Positions 36,163 through 51,100 of a stretch of DNA of 64,000 bases are shown one piece after another. Under the pieces are notes generated by a model. The model was not told the origin of the DNA, made no database searches, and was given only the letters and a program-made list of their open reading frames with translations. A program made the translations under genes and the position numbers. How positions within the stretch are numbered: the first letter of the stretch is position 1; each line of letters opens with the position of its first letter. Source of the stretch: Balanoglossus misakiensis (lineage: Eukaryota; Animalia; Hemichordata); NCBI GenBank assembly GCA_040954595.2, contig CM082587.2, positions 9,553,403-9,617,402 on the forward strand. The letters are read 5' to 3'.

Positions 36163-39100
36163 AGTCGCCTGTCTTAGGTCACCACTTCATAAGTGGTCTT
36201 ACCCGTCATTGGCACAAACAGTCTCAGGAAGTAAGCTTTCAGCCTACCAATGTAGCTATTGTATTTTCCACTTTTTTAAGTGAAGCCTGACTGTCGCCTG
36301 TCTTAGGTCACCACTTCATAAGCGGTCTTACCCGTCATTGGCACAAACAGTCTCAGGAAGTAAGCTTTCAGCCTACCAATGTAGCTATTATATTTTCCAC
36401 TTTTTGTAAGTGAAGCCTGACTGTCGCCTGTCTTTGGTCACCACTTCAGAAGCAGTCTTACCCGTCATTGGCACAAACAGTCTCAGGAAGTAAGCTTCCA
36501 GCCTACCAATGTAGCTATTATATTTTCCACTTTTTGTAAGTGAAGCCTGACTGTCGCCTGTCTTAGGTCACCACTTCATAAGCGGTCATACCCGTCATTG
36601 GCACAAACAGTCTCTGGAAGTAAGCTTTCAGCCTACCAATGTTGCTATTATATTTTCCACTTTTTGTAAGTGAAGCCTGACTGTCGCCTGTCTTAGGTCA
36701 CCACTTCATAAGCGGTCTTACCCGTCATTGGCACAAACAGTCTCAGGAAGAAAGCTTTCACCTTACCAATGTAGCTATTGCATTTTCCACTTTTTGTAAG
36801 TGAAGCCTGACTGTCGCCTCTCTTAGGTCACCACTTCATAAGCGGTCTTACTCGTCATTGGCACAAACAGTCTCAGGAAGTAAGCTTTCAGCCTACCAAT
36901 GTAGCTATTATATTTTCCACTTTTTGGTAAGTGAAGCCTGACTGTGGCCTGTCTTAGGTCACCACTTCATAAGCGGTCTTACCCGTCATTGGCACAAACA
37001 GTCTCAGGAAGTAAGCTTTCAGCTTACCAATGTAGCTATTACATTTTCCACTTTTTGTAAGTGAAGCCTGACTGTCGCCTGTCTTAGGTCACCACTTCAT
37101 AAGCGGTCTTACCCGTCATTGGCACAAACAGTCTCAGGAAGTAAGCTTTCAGCTTACCAATGTAGCTATTATATTTTCCACTTTTTGTAAGTGAAGCCTG
37201 ACTGTCGCCTGTCTTAGGTCACCACTTCATAAGCGGTCTTACCCGTCATTGGCACAAACAGTCTCAGGAAGAAAGCTTTCAGCCTACCAATGTAGCTATT
37301 GTATTTTCCACTTTTTGTAAGTGAAGCCTGACTGTCGCCTGTCTTAGGTCACCACTTCATAAGCGGTCTTACCCGTCATTGGCACAAACAGTCTCAGGAA
37401 GTAAGCTTTCAGCCTACCAATGTAGCTATTATATTTTCCACTTTTTGTAAGTGAAGCCGGACTGTCGCCTGTCTTAGGTCACCACTTCATAAGCGGTCTT
37501 ACCCGTCATTGGCACAAACAGTCTCAGGAAGTAAGCTTTCAGCTTACCAATGTAGCTATTACATTTTCCACTTTTTCTAAGTGAAGCCTGACTGTCGCCT
37601 GTCTTAGGTCACCACTTCATAAGCGGTCTTACCCGTCATTGGCACAAACAGTCTCAGGAAGTAAGCTTTCAGCTTACCAATGTAGCTATCATATTTTCCA
37701 CTTTTTGTAAGTGAAGCCTGACTGTCGCCTGTCTTAGGTCACCACTTCAAAAGCGGTCTTACCCGTCATTGGCACAAACAGTCTCAGGAAGTAAGCTTTC
37801 ACCTTACCAATGTAGCTATTACATTTTCCACTTTTTGTAAGTGAAGCCTGACTGTCGCCTGTCTTAGGTCACCACTTCATAAGCGGTCTTACCCACCAGT
37901 GGCACAAACAGTCTCAGGAAGTAAGCTTTCAGCCTACCAATGTAGCTATTATATTTTCCACTTTTTGTAAGTGAAGCCTGACTGTCGCCTGTCTTAGGTC
38001 ACCACTTCATAAGCGGTCTTACCCGTCATTGGCACAAACAGTCTCAGGAAGTAAGCTTTCAGCCTACCAATGTAGCTATTATATTTTCCACTTTTTGTAA
38101 GTGAAGCCGGACTGTCGCCTGTCTTAGGTCACCACTTCATAAGCGGTCTTACCCGTCATTGGCACAAACAGTCTCAGGAAGTAAGCTTTCAGCTTACCAA
38201 TGTAGCTATTACATTTTCCACTTTTTCTAAGTGAAGCCTGACTGTCGCCTGTCTTAGGTCACCACTTCATAAGCGGTCTTACCCGTCATTGGCACAAACA
38301 GTCTCAGGAAGTAAGCTTTCAGCTTACCAATGTAGCTATCATATTTTCCACTTTTTGTAAGTGAAGCCTGACTGTCGCCTGTCTTAGGTCACCACTTCAA
38401 AAGCGGTCTTACCCGTCATTGGCACAAACAGTCTCAGGAAGTAAGCTTTCACCTTACCAATGTAGCTATTACATTTTCCACTTTTTGTAAGTGAAGCCTG
38501 ACTGTCGCCTGTCTTAGGTCACCACTTCATAAGCGGTCTTACCCATCATTGGCACAAACAGTCTCAGGAAGTAAGCTTTCAGCCTACCAATGTAGCTATT
38601 GTATTTTCCACTTTTTGTAAGGGAAGCCTGACTGTCGCCTGTCTTAGGTCACCACTTCATAAGCGGTCTTACCCGTCATTGGCACAAACAGTCTCAGGAA
38701 GTAAGCTTTCAGCCTACCAATGTAGCTCTTGTATTTTCCACTTTTTGTAAGTGAAGCCTGACTGTCGCCTGTCTTAGGTCACCACTTCATAAGCGGTCTT
38801 ACCCATCATTGGCACAAACAGTCTCAGGAAGTAAGCTTTCAGCCTACCAATGTAGCTATTGTATTTTCCACTTTTTGTAAGGGAAGCCTGACTGTCGCCT
38901 GTCTTAGGTCACCACTTCATAAGCGGTCTTACCCGTCATTGGCACAAACAGTCTCAGGAAGTAAGCTTTCAGCCTACCAATGTAGCTATTGTATTTTCCA
39001 CTTTTTGTAAGTGAAGCCTGACTGTCGCCTGTCTTAGGTCACCACTTCATAAGCGGTCTTACCCGTCATTGGCACAAACAGTCTCAGGAAGTAAGCTTTC

Positions 39101-42100
39101 AGCCTACCAATGTAGCTATTGTATTTTCCACTTTTTGTAAGTGAAGCCTGACTGTCGCCTGTCTTTGGTCACCACTTCATAAGCGGTCTTACCCACCATT
39201 GGCACAAACAGTCTTAGGAAGTAAGCTTTCAGCCTACCAATGTAGCTATTATATTTTCCACTTTTTGTAAGTGAAGCCTGACTGTCGCCTGTCTTAGGTC
39301 ACCACTTCATAAGCAGTCTTACCCGTCATTGGCACAAACAGTCTCAGGAAGTAAGCTTTCAGCCTACCAATGTAGCTATTACATTTTCCACTTTTTGTAA
39401 GTGAAGCCTGACTGTCCCCTGTCTTAGGTCACCACTTCATAAGCGGTCTTACCCGTCATTGGCACAAACAGTCTCAGGAAGTAAGCTTTCAGCCTACCAA
39501 TGTAGCTATTGTATTTTCCACTTTTTGTAAGTGAAGCCTGACTGTCGCCTGTCTTAGGTCACCACTTCATAAGCGGTCTTACCCGTCATTGGCACAAACA
39601 GTCTCAGGAAGTAAGCATTCAGCCTACCAATGTAGCTATTGTATTTTCCACTTTTTGTAAGTGAAGCCTGACTGTCTCCTGTCTTAGGTCACCACTTCAT
39701 AAGCGGTCTTACCAGTCATTGGCACAAACAGTCTCAGGAAGTAAGCGTTCAGCCTACCAATGTAGCTATTATATTTTCCACTTTTTGTAAGTGAAGCCTG
39801 ACTGTCGCCTGTCTTAGGTCACCACTTCATAAGCGGTCTTACCCGTCATTGGCACAAACAGTCTCAGGAAATAAGCTTTCAGCCTACCAATGTAGCTATT
39901 GTATTTTCCACTTTTTGTAAGTGAAGCCTGACTGTCGCCTGTCTTAGGTCACCACTTCATAAGCGGTCTTACCCGTCATTGGCACAAACAGTCTCAGGAA
40001 GTAAGCTTTCAGCCTACCAATGTAGCTATTGTATTTTCCACTTTTTGTAAGTGAAGCCTGACTGTCGCCTGTCTTAGGTCACCACTTCATAAGCGGTCTT
40101 ACCTGTCATTGGCACAAACAGTCTCAGGAAGTAAGCATTCAGCCTACCAATGTAGCTATTGTATTTTCCACTTTTTGTAAGTGAAGCCTGACTGTCTCCT
40201 GTCTTAGGTCACCACTTCATAAGCGGTCTTACCAGTCATTGGCACAAACAGTCTCAGGAAGTAAGCGTTCAGCCTACCAATGTAGCTATTATATTTTCCA
40301 CTTTTTGTAAGTGAAGCCTGACTGTCGCTTGTCTTAGGTCACCACTTCATAAGCGGTCTTACCCGTCATTGGCACAAACAGTCTCAGGAAGTAAGCTTTC
40401 AGTCTAGCAATGTAGCTATTGTATTTTCCACTTTTTGTAAGTGAAGCCTGACTGTCGCCTGTCTTAGGTCACCACTTCATAAGCGGTCTTACCCGTCATT
40501 GGCACAAACAGTCTCAGGAAGTAAGCTTTCAGCCTACCAATGTAGCTATTGTATTTTCCACTTTTTGTAAGTGAAGCCTGACTGTCGCCCGTCTTAGGTC
40601 ACCACTTCATTAGAGGTCTTACACGTCATTGGCACAAACAGTCTCAGGAAGTAAGCTTTCAGCCTACCAATGTAGCTATTATATTTTCCACTTTTTGTAA
40701 ATGAAGCCTGACTGTCGCCTGTCTTTGGTCACCACTTCATAAGCGGTCTTACCCGTCATTGGCACAAACAGTCTCAGGAAGTAAGCTTTCAGCCTACCAA
40801 TGTAGCTATTGTATTTTCCACTTTTTGTAAGTGAAGCCTGACTGTCGCCCGTCTTAGGTCACCACTTCATTAGAGGTCTTACACGTCATTGGCACAAACA
40901 GTCTCAGGAAGTAAGCTTTCAGCCTACCAATGTAGCTATTATATTTTCCACTTTTTGTAAATGAAGCCTGACTGTCGCCTGTCTTTGGTCACCACTTCAT
41001 AAGCGGTCTTACCCGTCATTGGCACAAACAGTCTCAGGAAGTAAGCTTTCAGCCTACCAATGTAGCTATTGTATTTTCCACTTTTTGTAAGTGAAGCCTG
41101 ACTGTCGCCTGTCTTAGGTCACCACTTCATAAGCGGTCTTACCCGTCATTGGCACAAACAGTCTCAGGAAGTAAGCTTTCAGCCTACCAATGTAGCTATT
41201 ATATTTTCCACTTTTTGTAAGTGAAGCCGGACTGTCGCCTGTCTTAGGTCACCACTTCATAAGCGGTCTTACCCATCATTGGCACAAACAGTCTCAGGAA
41301 GTAAGCTTTCAGCTTACCAATGTAGCTATTACATTTTCCACTTTTTGTAAGTGAATCCTGACTGTCGCCTGTCTTAGGTCACCACTTCATAAGCGGTCTT
41401 ACCCGTCATTGGCACAAACAGTCTCAGGAAGTAAGCTTTCAGCTTACCAATGTAGCTATCATATTTTCCACTTTTTGTAAGTGAAGCCTGACTGTCGCCT
41501 GTCTTAGGTCACCACTTCATAAGCGGTCTTACCCGTCATTGGCACAAACAGTCTCAGGAAGTAAGCTTTCACCTTACCAATGTAGCTATTACATTTTCCA
41601 CTTTTTGTAAGTGAAGCCTGACTGTCGCCTGTCTTAGGTCACCACTTCATAAGCGGTCTTACCCATCATTGGCACAAACAGTCTCAGGAAGTAAGCTTTC
41701 AGCCTACCAATGTAGCTATTGTATTTTCCACTTTTTGTAAGGGAAGCCTGACTGTCGCCTGAATTGGGTCACCACTTCATAAGCGGTCTTACCCGTCATT
41801 GGCACAAACAGTCTCAGGAAGTAAGCTTTCAGCCTACCAATGTAGCTATTATATTTTCCACTTTTTGTAAGTGAAGCCTGACTGTCGCCTGTCTTTGGTC
41901 ACCACTTCATAAGCAGTCTTACCCGTCATTGGCACAAACAGTCTCAGGAAGTAAGCTTTCAGCCAACCAATGTAGCTATTATATTTTCCACTTTTTGTAA
42001 ATGAAGCCTGACTGTTGCCTGTCTTTGGTCACCACTTCATAAGCGGTCTTACCCGTCATTGGCATAAACAGTCTCAGGAAGTATGCTTTCAGCCTACCAA

Positions 42101-45100
42101 TGTAACTATTATATTTTCCACTTTTTGTAAGTGAAGCCTGACTGTTGCCTGTCTTTGGTCACCACTTCATAAGCGGTCTAACCCGTCATTGGCACAAACA
42201 GTCTCAGGAAGTAAGCTTTCAGCTTACCAATGTAGCTATTACATTTTCCACTTTTTGTAAGTGAAGCCTGACTGTCGCCTGTCTTAGGTCACCACTTCAT
42301 AAGCGGTCTTACCCATCATTGGCACAAACAGTCTCAGGAAGTAAGCTTTCGGCCTACCAATGTAGCTATTGTATTTTCCACTTTTTGTAAGGGAAGCCTG
42401 ACTGTCGCCTGTCTTAGGTCACCACTTCATAAGCGGTCTTACCCGTCATTGGCACAAACAGTCTCAGGAAGTAAGCTTTCAGCCTACCAATGTAGCTATT
42501 GTATTTTCCACTTTTTGTAAGTGAAGCCTGACTGTCGCCTGTCTTAGGTCACCACTTCATAAGCGGTCTTACCCGTGATTGGCACAAACAGTCTCAGGAA
42601 GTAAGCTTTCAGCCTACCAATGTAGCTATTATATTTTCCACTTTTTGTAAGTGAAGCCTGACTGTTGCCTGTCTTTGGTCACCACTTCATAAGCAGTCTT
42701 ACCCGTCATTGGCACAAACAGTCTCAAGAAGTAAGCTTTCAGCCTACCAATGTAGCTATTATATTTTCCACTTTTTGTAAATGAAGCCTGACTGTCGCCT
42801 GTCTTTGGTCACCACTTCATAAGCGGTCTTACCCGTCATTGGCACAAACAGTCTCAGGAAGTAAGCTTTCAGCTTACCAATGTAGCTATTACATTTTCCA
42901 CTTTTTGTAAGTGAAGCCTGACTGTCCCCTGTCTTAGGTCACCACTTCATAAGCGGTCTTACCCGTCATTGGCACAAACAGTCTCAGGAAGTAAGCTTTC
43001 AGCCTACCAATGTAGCTATTGTATTTTCCACTTTTTGTAAGTGAAGCCTGACTGTCGTCTTTCTTAGGTCACCACTTCATAAGAGGTCTTACCCGTCATT
43101 GGCACAAACAGTCTCAGGAAGTAAGCATTCAGCCTACCAATGTAGCTATTGTATTTTCCACTTTTTGTAAGTGAAGCCTGACTGTCTCCTGTCTTAGGTC
43201 ACCACTTCATAAGCGGTCTTACCAGTCATTGGCACAAACAGTCTCAGGAAGTAAGCGTTCAGCCTACCAATGTAGCTATTACATTTTCCACTTTTTGTAA
43301 GTGAAGCCTGACTGTCCCCTGTCTTAGGTCACCACTTCATAAGCGGTCTTACCCGTCATTGGCACAAACAGTCTCAGGAAGTAAGCTTTCAGCCTACCAA
43401 TGTAGCTATTGTATTTTCCACTTTTTGTAAGTGAAGCCTGACTGTCGCCTGTCTTAGGTCACCACTTCATAAGCGGTCTTACCCGTCATTGGCACAAACA
43501 GTCTCAGGAAGTAAGCTTTCAGCCTACCAATGTAGCTATTGTATTTTCCACTATTTGTAAGTGAAGCCTGACTGTCGCTCGTCTTAGGTCACCACTTCAT
43601 TAGAGGTCTTACCCGTCATTGGCACAAACAGTCTCAGGAAGTAAGCTTTCAGCCTACCAATGTAGCTATTGTATTTTCCACTTTTTGTAAGTGAAGCCTG
43701 ACTGTCGCCTGTCTTAGGTCACCACTTCATAAGCGGTCTTACCCGTCATTGGCACAAACAGTCTCAGGAAGTAAGCTTTCAGCCTACCAATGTAGCTATT
43801 GTATTTTCCACTATTTGTAAGTGAAGCCTGACTGTCGCCCGTCTTAGGTCACCACTTCATTAGAGGTCTTACCCGTCATTGGCACAAACAGTCTCAGGAA
43901 GTAAGCTTTCAGCTTACCAATGTAGCTATTACATTTTCCACTTTTTGTAAGTGAAGCCTGACTGTCGCCTGTCTTAGGTCACCACTTCATAAGCGGTCTT
44001 ACCCATCATTGGCACAAACAGTCTCAGGAAGTAAGCTTTCAGCCTACCAATGTAGCTATTGTATTTTCCACTTTTTGTAAGGGAAGCCTGACTGTCGCCT
44101 GTCTTAGGTCACCACTTCATAAGCGGTCTTACCCGTCATTGGCACAAACAGTCTCAGGAAGTAAGCTTTCAGCCTACCAATGTAGCTATTGTATTTTCCA
44201 CTATTTGTAAGTGAAGCCTGACTGTCGCCCGTCTTAGGTCACCACTTCATTAGAGGTCTTACCCGTCATTGGCACAAACAGTCTCAGGAAGTAAGCTTTC
44301 AGCCTACCAATGTAGCTATTATATTTTCCACTTTTTGTAAATGAAGCCTGACTGTCGCCTGTCTTTGGTCACCACTTCATTAGAGGTCTTACCCGTCATT
44401 GGCACAAACAGTCTCAGGAAGTAAGCTTTCAGCCTACCAATGTAGCTATTATATTTTCCACTTTTTGTAAGTGAAGCCTGACTGTCGCCTGTCTTTGGTC
44501 ACCACTTCATAAGCGGTCTTACCCATCATTGGCACAAACAGTCTCAGGAAGTAAGCTTTCAGCTTACCAATGTAGCTATTACATTTTCCACTTTTTGTAA
44601 GTGAAGCCTGACTGTCGCCTGTCTTAGGTCACCACTTCATAAGCGGTATTACCCGTCATTGGCACAAACAGTCTCAGGAAGTAAGCTTTCAGCTTACCAA
44701 TGTAGCTATCATATTTTCCACTTTTTGTAAGTGAAGCCTGACTGTCGCCTGTCTTAGGTCACCACTTCATAAGCGGTCTTACCCGTCATTGGCACAAACA
44801 GTCTCAGGAAGTAAGCTTTCACCTTACCAATGTAGCTATTACATTTTCCACTTTTTGTAAGTGAAGCCTGACTGTCGCCTGTCTTAGGTCACCACTTCAT
44901 AAGCGGTCTTACCCATCATTGGCACAAACAGTCTCAGGAAGTAAGCTTTCAGCCTACCAATGTAGCTATTGTATTTTCCACTTTTTGTAAGGGAAGCCTG
45001 ACTGTCGCCTGAATTAGGTCACCACTTCATAAGCGGTCTTACCCGTCATTGGCACAAACAGTCTCAGGAAGTAAGCTTTCAGCCTACCAATGTAGCTATT

Positions 45101-48100
45101 ATATTTTCCACTTTTTGTAAGTGAAGCCTGACTGTCGCCTGTCTTTGGTCACCACTTCATAAGCAGTCTTACCCGTCATTGGCACAAACAGTCTCAGGAA
45201 GTAAGCTTTCAGCCTACCAATGTAGCTATTGTATTTTCCACTTTTTGTAAGGGAAGCCTGACTGTCGCCTGTCTTAGGTCACCACTTCATAAGCGGTCTT
45301 ACCCGTCATTGGCACAAACAGTCTCAGGAAGTAAGCTTTCAGCCTACCAATGTAGCTATTGTATTTTCCACTTTTTGTAAGTGAAGCCTGACTGTCGCCT
45401 GTCTTAGGTCACCACTTCATAAGCGGTCTTACCCGTCATTGGCACAAACAGTCTCAGGAAGTAAGCTTTCAGCCTACCAATGTAGCTATTATATTTTCCA
45501 CTTTTTGTAAGTGAAGCCTGACTGTTGCCTGTCTTTGGTCACCACTTCATAAGCAGTCTTACCCGTCATTGGCACAAACAGTCTCAGGAAGTAAGCTTTC
45601 AGCCTACCAATGTAGCTATTATATTTTCCACTTTTTTGTAAATGAAGCCTGACTGTCGCCTGTCTTTGGTCACCACTTCATAAGCGGTCTTACCCGTCAT
45701 TGGCATAAACAGTCTCAGGAAGTAAGCTTTCAGCCTACCAATGTAGCTATTATATTTTCCACTTTTTGTAAGTGAAGCCTGACTGTCGCCTGTCTTTGGT
45801 CACCACTTCATAAGCGGTCTTACCCGTCATTGGCACAAACAGTCTCAGGAAGTAAGCTTTCAGCCTACCAATGTAGCTATTATATTTTCCACTTTTTGTA
45901 AGTGAAGCCTGACTGTCGCCTGTCTTTGGTCACCACTTCATAAGCGGTCTTACCCACCATTGGCACAAACAGTCTTAGGAAGTAAGCTTTCAGCCTACCA
46001 ATGTAGCTATTATATTTTCCACTTTTTGTAAGTGAAGCCTGACTGTCGCCTGTCTTAGGTCACCACTTCATAAGCAGTCTTACCCGTCATTGGCACAAAC
46101 AGTCTCAGGAAGTAAGCTTTCAGCCTACCAATGTAGCTATTACATTTTCCACTTTTTGTAAGTGAAGCCTTACTGTCCCCTGTCTTAGGTCACCACTTCA
46201 TAAGCGGTCTTACCCGTCATTGGCACAAACAGTCTCAGGAAGTAAGCTTTCAGCCTACCAATGTAGCTATTGTATTTTCCACTTTTGTAAGTGAAGCCTG
46301 ACTGTCGCCTGTCTTAGGTCACCACTTCATAAGCGGTCTTACCCGTCATTGGCACAAACAGTCTCAGGAAGTAAGCATTCAGCCTACCAATGTAGCTATT
46401 GTATTTTCCACTTTTTGTAAGTGAAGCCTGACTGTCTCCTGTCTTAGGTCACCACTTCATAAGCGGTCTTACCAGTCATTGGCACAAACAGTCTCAGGAA
46501 GTAAGCGTTCAGCCTACCAATGTAGCTATTATATTTTCCACTTTTGTAAGTGAAGCCTGACTGTCGCCTGTCTTAGGTCACCACTTCATAAGCGGTCTTA
46601 CCCGTCATTGGCACAAACAGTCTCAGGAAGTAAGCTTTCAGCCTACCAATGTAGCTATTGTATTTTCCACTTTTTGTAAGTGAAGCCTGACTGTCGCCTG
46701 TCTTAGGTCACCACTTCATAAGCGGTCTTACCCGTCATTGGCACAAACAGTCTCAGGAAGTAAGCTTTCAGCCTACCAATGTAGCTATTGTATTTTCCAC
46801 TTTTTGTAAGTGAAGCCTGACTGTCGCCCGTCTTAGGTCACCACTTCATTAGAGGTCTTACCCGTCATTGGCACAAACAGTCTCAGGAAGTAAGCTTTCA
46901 GCCTACCAATGTAGCTATTATATTTTCCACTTTTTGTAAGTGAAGCCTGACTGTCGCCTGTCTTAGGTCACCACTTCATAAGCGGTCTTACCCGTCATCG
47001 GCACAAACAGTCTCAGGAAGTAAGCTTTCAGCTTACCAATGTAGCTATTACATTTTCCACTTTTTGTAAGTGAAGCCTGACTGTCGCCTGTCTTAGGTCA
47101 CCACTTCATAAGCGGTCTTACCCACCATTGGCACAAACAGTCTCAGGAAGTAAGCTTTCAGCCTACCAATGTAGCTATTGTATTTTCCACTTTTTGTAAG
47201 GGAAGCCTGACTGTCGCCTGTCTTAGGTCACCACTGCATAAGCGGTCTTACCCGTCATTGCCACAAACAGTCTCAGGAAGTAAGCTTTCAGCCTACCAAT
47301 GTAGCTATTGTATTTTCCACTTTTTGTAAGTGAAGCCTGACTGTCGCCTGTCTTAGGTCACCACTTCATAAGCGGTCTTACCCGTCATTGGCACAAACAG
47401 TCTCAGGAAGTAAGCTTTCAGCCTACCAATGTAGCTATTGTATTTTCCACTTTTTGTAAGTGAAGCCTGACTGTCGCCCGTCTTAGGTCACCACTTCATT
47501 AGAGGTCTTACCCGTCATTGGCACAAACAGTCTCAGGAAGTAAGCTTTCAGCCTACCAATGTAGCTATTATATTTTCCACTTTTTGTAAGTGAAGCCTGA
47601 CTGTCGCCTGTCTTAGGTCACCACTTCATAAGCGGTCTTACCCATCATTGGCACAAACAGTCTCAGGAAGTAAGCTTTCAGCCTACCAATGTAGCTATTG
47701 TATTTTGCACTTTTTGTAAGTGAAGCCTGACTGTCGCCTGTCTTAGGTCACCACTGCATAAGCGGTCTTACCCACCATTGGCACAAACAGTCTCAGGAAG
47801 TAAGCTTTCAGCCTACCAATGTAGCTATTGTATTTTCCACTTTTTGTAAGGGAAGCCTGACTGTCGCCTGTCTTAGGTCACCACTTCATAAGCGGTCTTA
47901 CCCATCATTGGCACAAACAGTCTCAGGAAGTAAGCTTTCAGCCTACCAATGTAGCTATTGTATTTTCCACTTTTTGTAAGGGAAGCCTGACTGTCGCCTG
48001 TCTTAGGTCACCACTGCATAAGCGGTCTTACCCGTCATTGCCACAAACAGTCTCAGGAAGTAAGCTTTCAGCCTACCAATGTAGCTATTGTATTTTCCAC

Positions 48101-51100
48101 TTTTTGTAAGTGAAGCCTGACTGTCGCCTGTCTTAGGTCACCACTTCATAAGCGGTCTTACCCGTCATTGGCACAAACAGTCTCAGGAAGTAAGCTTTCA
48201 TCCTACCAATGTAGCTATTGTATTTTTCACTTTTTGTAAGTGAAGCCTGACTGTCGCCTGTCTTAGGTCACCACTTCATAAGCAGTCTTACCCGTCATTG
48301 GCACAAACAGTCTCAGGAAGTAAGCTTTCAGCCTACCAATGTAGCTATTGTATTTTCCACTTTTTGTAAGTGAAGCCTGACTGTCGCCTGTCTTAGGTCA
48401 CCACTTCATAAGCAGTCTTACCCGTCATTGGCACAAACAGTCTCAGGAAGTAAGCTTTCAGCCTACCAATGTAGCTATTGTATTTTCCACTTTTTGTAAG
48501 TGAAGCCTGACAGTCGCCTGTCTTAGGTCACCACTTCATAAGCGGTCTTACCCGTCATTGGCACAAACAGTCTCAGGACGTAAGCTTTCAGCCTACCAAT
48601 GTAGCTATTGTATTTTCCACTTTTTGTTAGTGAAGCCTGACTGTCGACTGTCTTAGGTCACCACTTCATAAGCGGTCTTACCCGTCATTGGCACAAACAG
48701 TCTCAGGATGTAAGCATTCAGCCTACCAATGTAGCTATTGTATTTTCCACTTTTTGTAAGTGAAGCCTGACTGTCGCCTGTCTTAGGTCACCACTTCATA
48801 AGCGGTCTTACCCGTCATTGGCACAAACAGTCTCAGGAAGTAAGCTTTCAGCCTACCAATGTAGCTATTGTATTTTCCACTTTTTGTAAGTGAAGCCTGA
48901 CAGTCGCCTGTCTTAGGTCACCACTTCATAAGCGGTCTTACCCGTCATTGGCACAAACAGTCTCAGGACGTAAGCTTTCAGCCTACCAATGTAGCTATTG
49001 TATTTTCCACTTTTTGTAAGTGAATCCTGACTGTCGCCTGTCTTAGGTCACCACTTCATCAGCGGTCTTACCCGTCATTGGCACAAACAGTCTCAGGAAG
49101 TAAGCTTTCATCCTACCAATGTAGCTATTGTATTTTTCACTTTTTGTAAGTGAAGCCTGACTGTCGCCTGTCTTAGGTCACCACTTCATAAGCAGTCTTA
49201 CCCGTCATTGGCACAAACAGTCTCAGGAAGTAAGCTTTCAGCCTACCAATGTAGCTATTGTATTTTCCACTTTTTGTAAGTGAAGCCTGACTGTCGCCTG
49301 TCTTAGGTCACCACTTCATAAGCAGTCTTACCCGTCATTGGCACAAACAGTCTCAGGAAGTAAGCTTTCAGCCTACCAATGTAGCTATTGTATTTTCCAC
49401 TTTTTGTAAGTGAAGCCTGACAGTCGCCTGTCTTAGGTCACCACTTCATAAGCGGTCTTACCCGTCATTGGCACAAACAGTCTCAGGACGTAAGCTTTCA
49501 GCCTACCAATGTAGCTATTGTATTTTCCACTTTTTGTTAGTGAAGCCTGACTGTCGACTGTCTTAGGTCACCACTTCATAAGCGGTCTTACCCGTCATTG
49601 GCACAAACAGTCTCAGGATGTAAGCATTCAGCCTACCAATGTAGCTATTGTATTTTCCACTTTTTGTAAGTGAAGCCTGACTGTCGCCTGTCTTAGGTCA
49701 CCACTTCATAAGCGGTCTTACCCGTCATTGGCACAAACAGTCTCAGGAAGTAAGCTTTCAGCCTACCAATGTAGCTATTGTATTTTCCACTTTTTGTAAG
49801 TGAAGCCTGACAGTCGCCTGTCTTAGGTCACCACTTCATAAGCGGTCTTACCCGTCATTGGCACAAACAGTCTCAGGACGTAAGCTTTCAGCCTACCAAT
49901 GTAGCTATTGTATTTTCCACTTTTTGTAAGTGAATCCTGACTGTCGCCTGTCTTAGGTCACCACTTCATCAGCGGTCTTACCCGTCATTGGCACAAACAG
50001 TCTCAGGAAGTAAGCTTTCAGCCTACCAACGTAGCAGCTATGTATTTTCCACTTTTTGTAAGTGAAGCCTGACTGTCGCCTGTCTTAGGTCACCACTTCA
50101 TAAGCGGTCTTACCCGTCATTGGCACAAACAGTCTCAGGAAGTAAGCTTTCAGCCTACCAATGTAGCTATTGTATTTTCCACTTTTTCTAAGTGAAGCCT
50201 GACTGTCGCCTGTCTTAGATCACCACTTCATAAGCGGTCTTACCCGTCATTGGCACAAACAGTCTCAGGAAGTAAGCTTTCAGCCTACCGATGTAGCTAT
50301 TGTATTTTCCACTTTTTGTAAGTGAAGCCTGACTGTCGCCTGTCTTAGGTCACCACTTCATAAGCGGTCTTACCCGTCATTGGCACAAACAGTCTCAGGA
50401 AGTAAGCTTTCAGCCTACCAATGTAGCTATTGTATTTTCCACTTTTTGTAAGTGAAGCCTGACTGTCGCCTCTCTTAGGTCACCACTTCATAAGCGGTCT
50501 TACCGTCATTGGCACAAAAAGTCTCAGGAAGTAAGCTTTCAGCCTGCCAATGTAGCTATTGTATTTTTCACTTTTTGTAAGTGAAGCCTGACTGTCGCCT
50601 GTCTTAGGTCACCACTTCATAAGCGGTCTTACCCGTCATTGGCACAAACAGTCTCAGGACGTAAGCTTTTAGCCTACCACTGTAGCTATTGTATTTTCCA
50701 CTTTTTGTAAGTGAAGCTTGACTGTCGCCTGTCTTAGGTCACCACTTCATAAGCGGTCTTACCCGTCATTGGCACAAACAGTCTCAGGAAGTAAGCTTTC
50801 AGCCTACCAATGTAGCTATTATATTTTCCACTTTTTGTAAGTGAAGCCTGACTGTCGCCTTTCTTAGGTCACCACTTCATAAGCGGTCTTACCCGTTATT
50901 GGCACAAACAGTCTCAGGAAGTAAGCTTTCAGCCTACCAATGTAGCTATAGAATTTTCCACTTTTTGTAAGTGAAGCCTGACTGTCGCCTGTCTTAGGTC
51001 ACCACTGCATAAGCGGTCTTACCCGTCATTGGCACAAACAGTCTCAGGATTTAAGCTTTCAGCCTACCAATGTAGCTATTGTATTTTCCACTTTTTGTAA

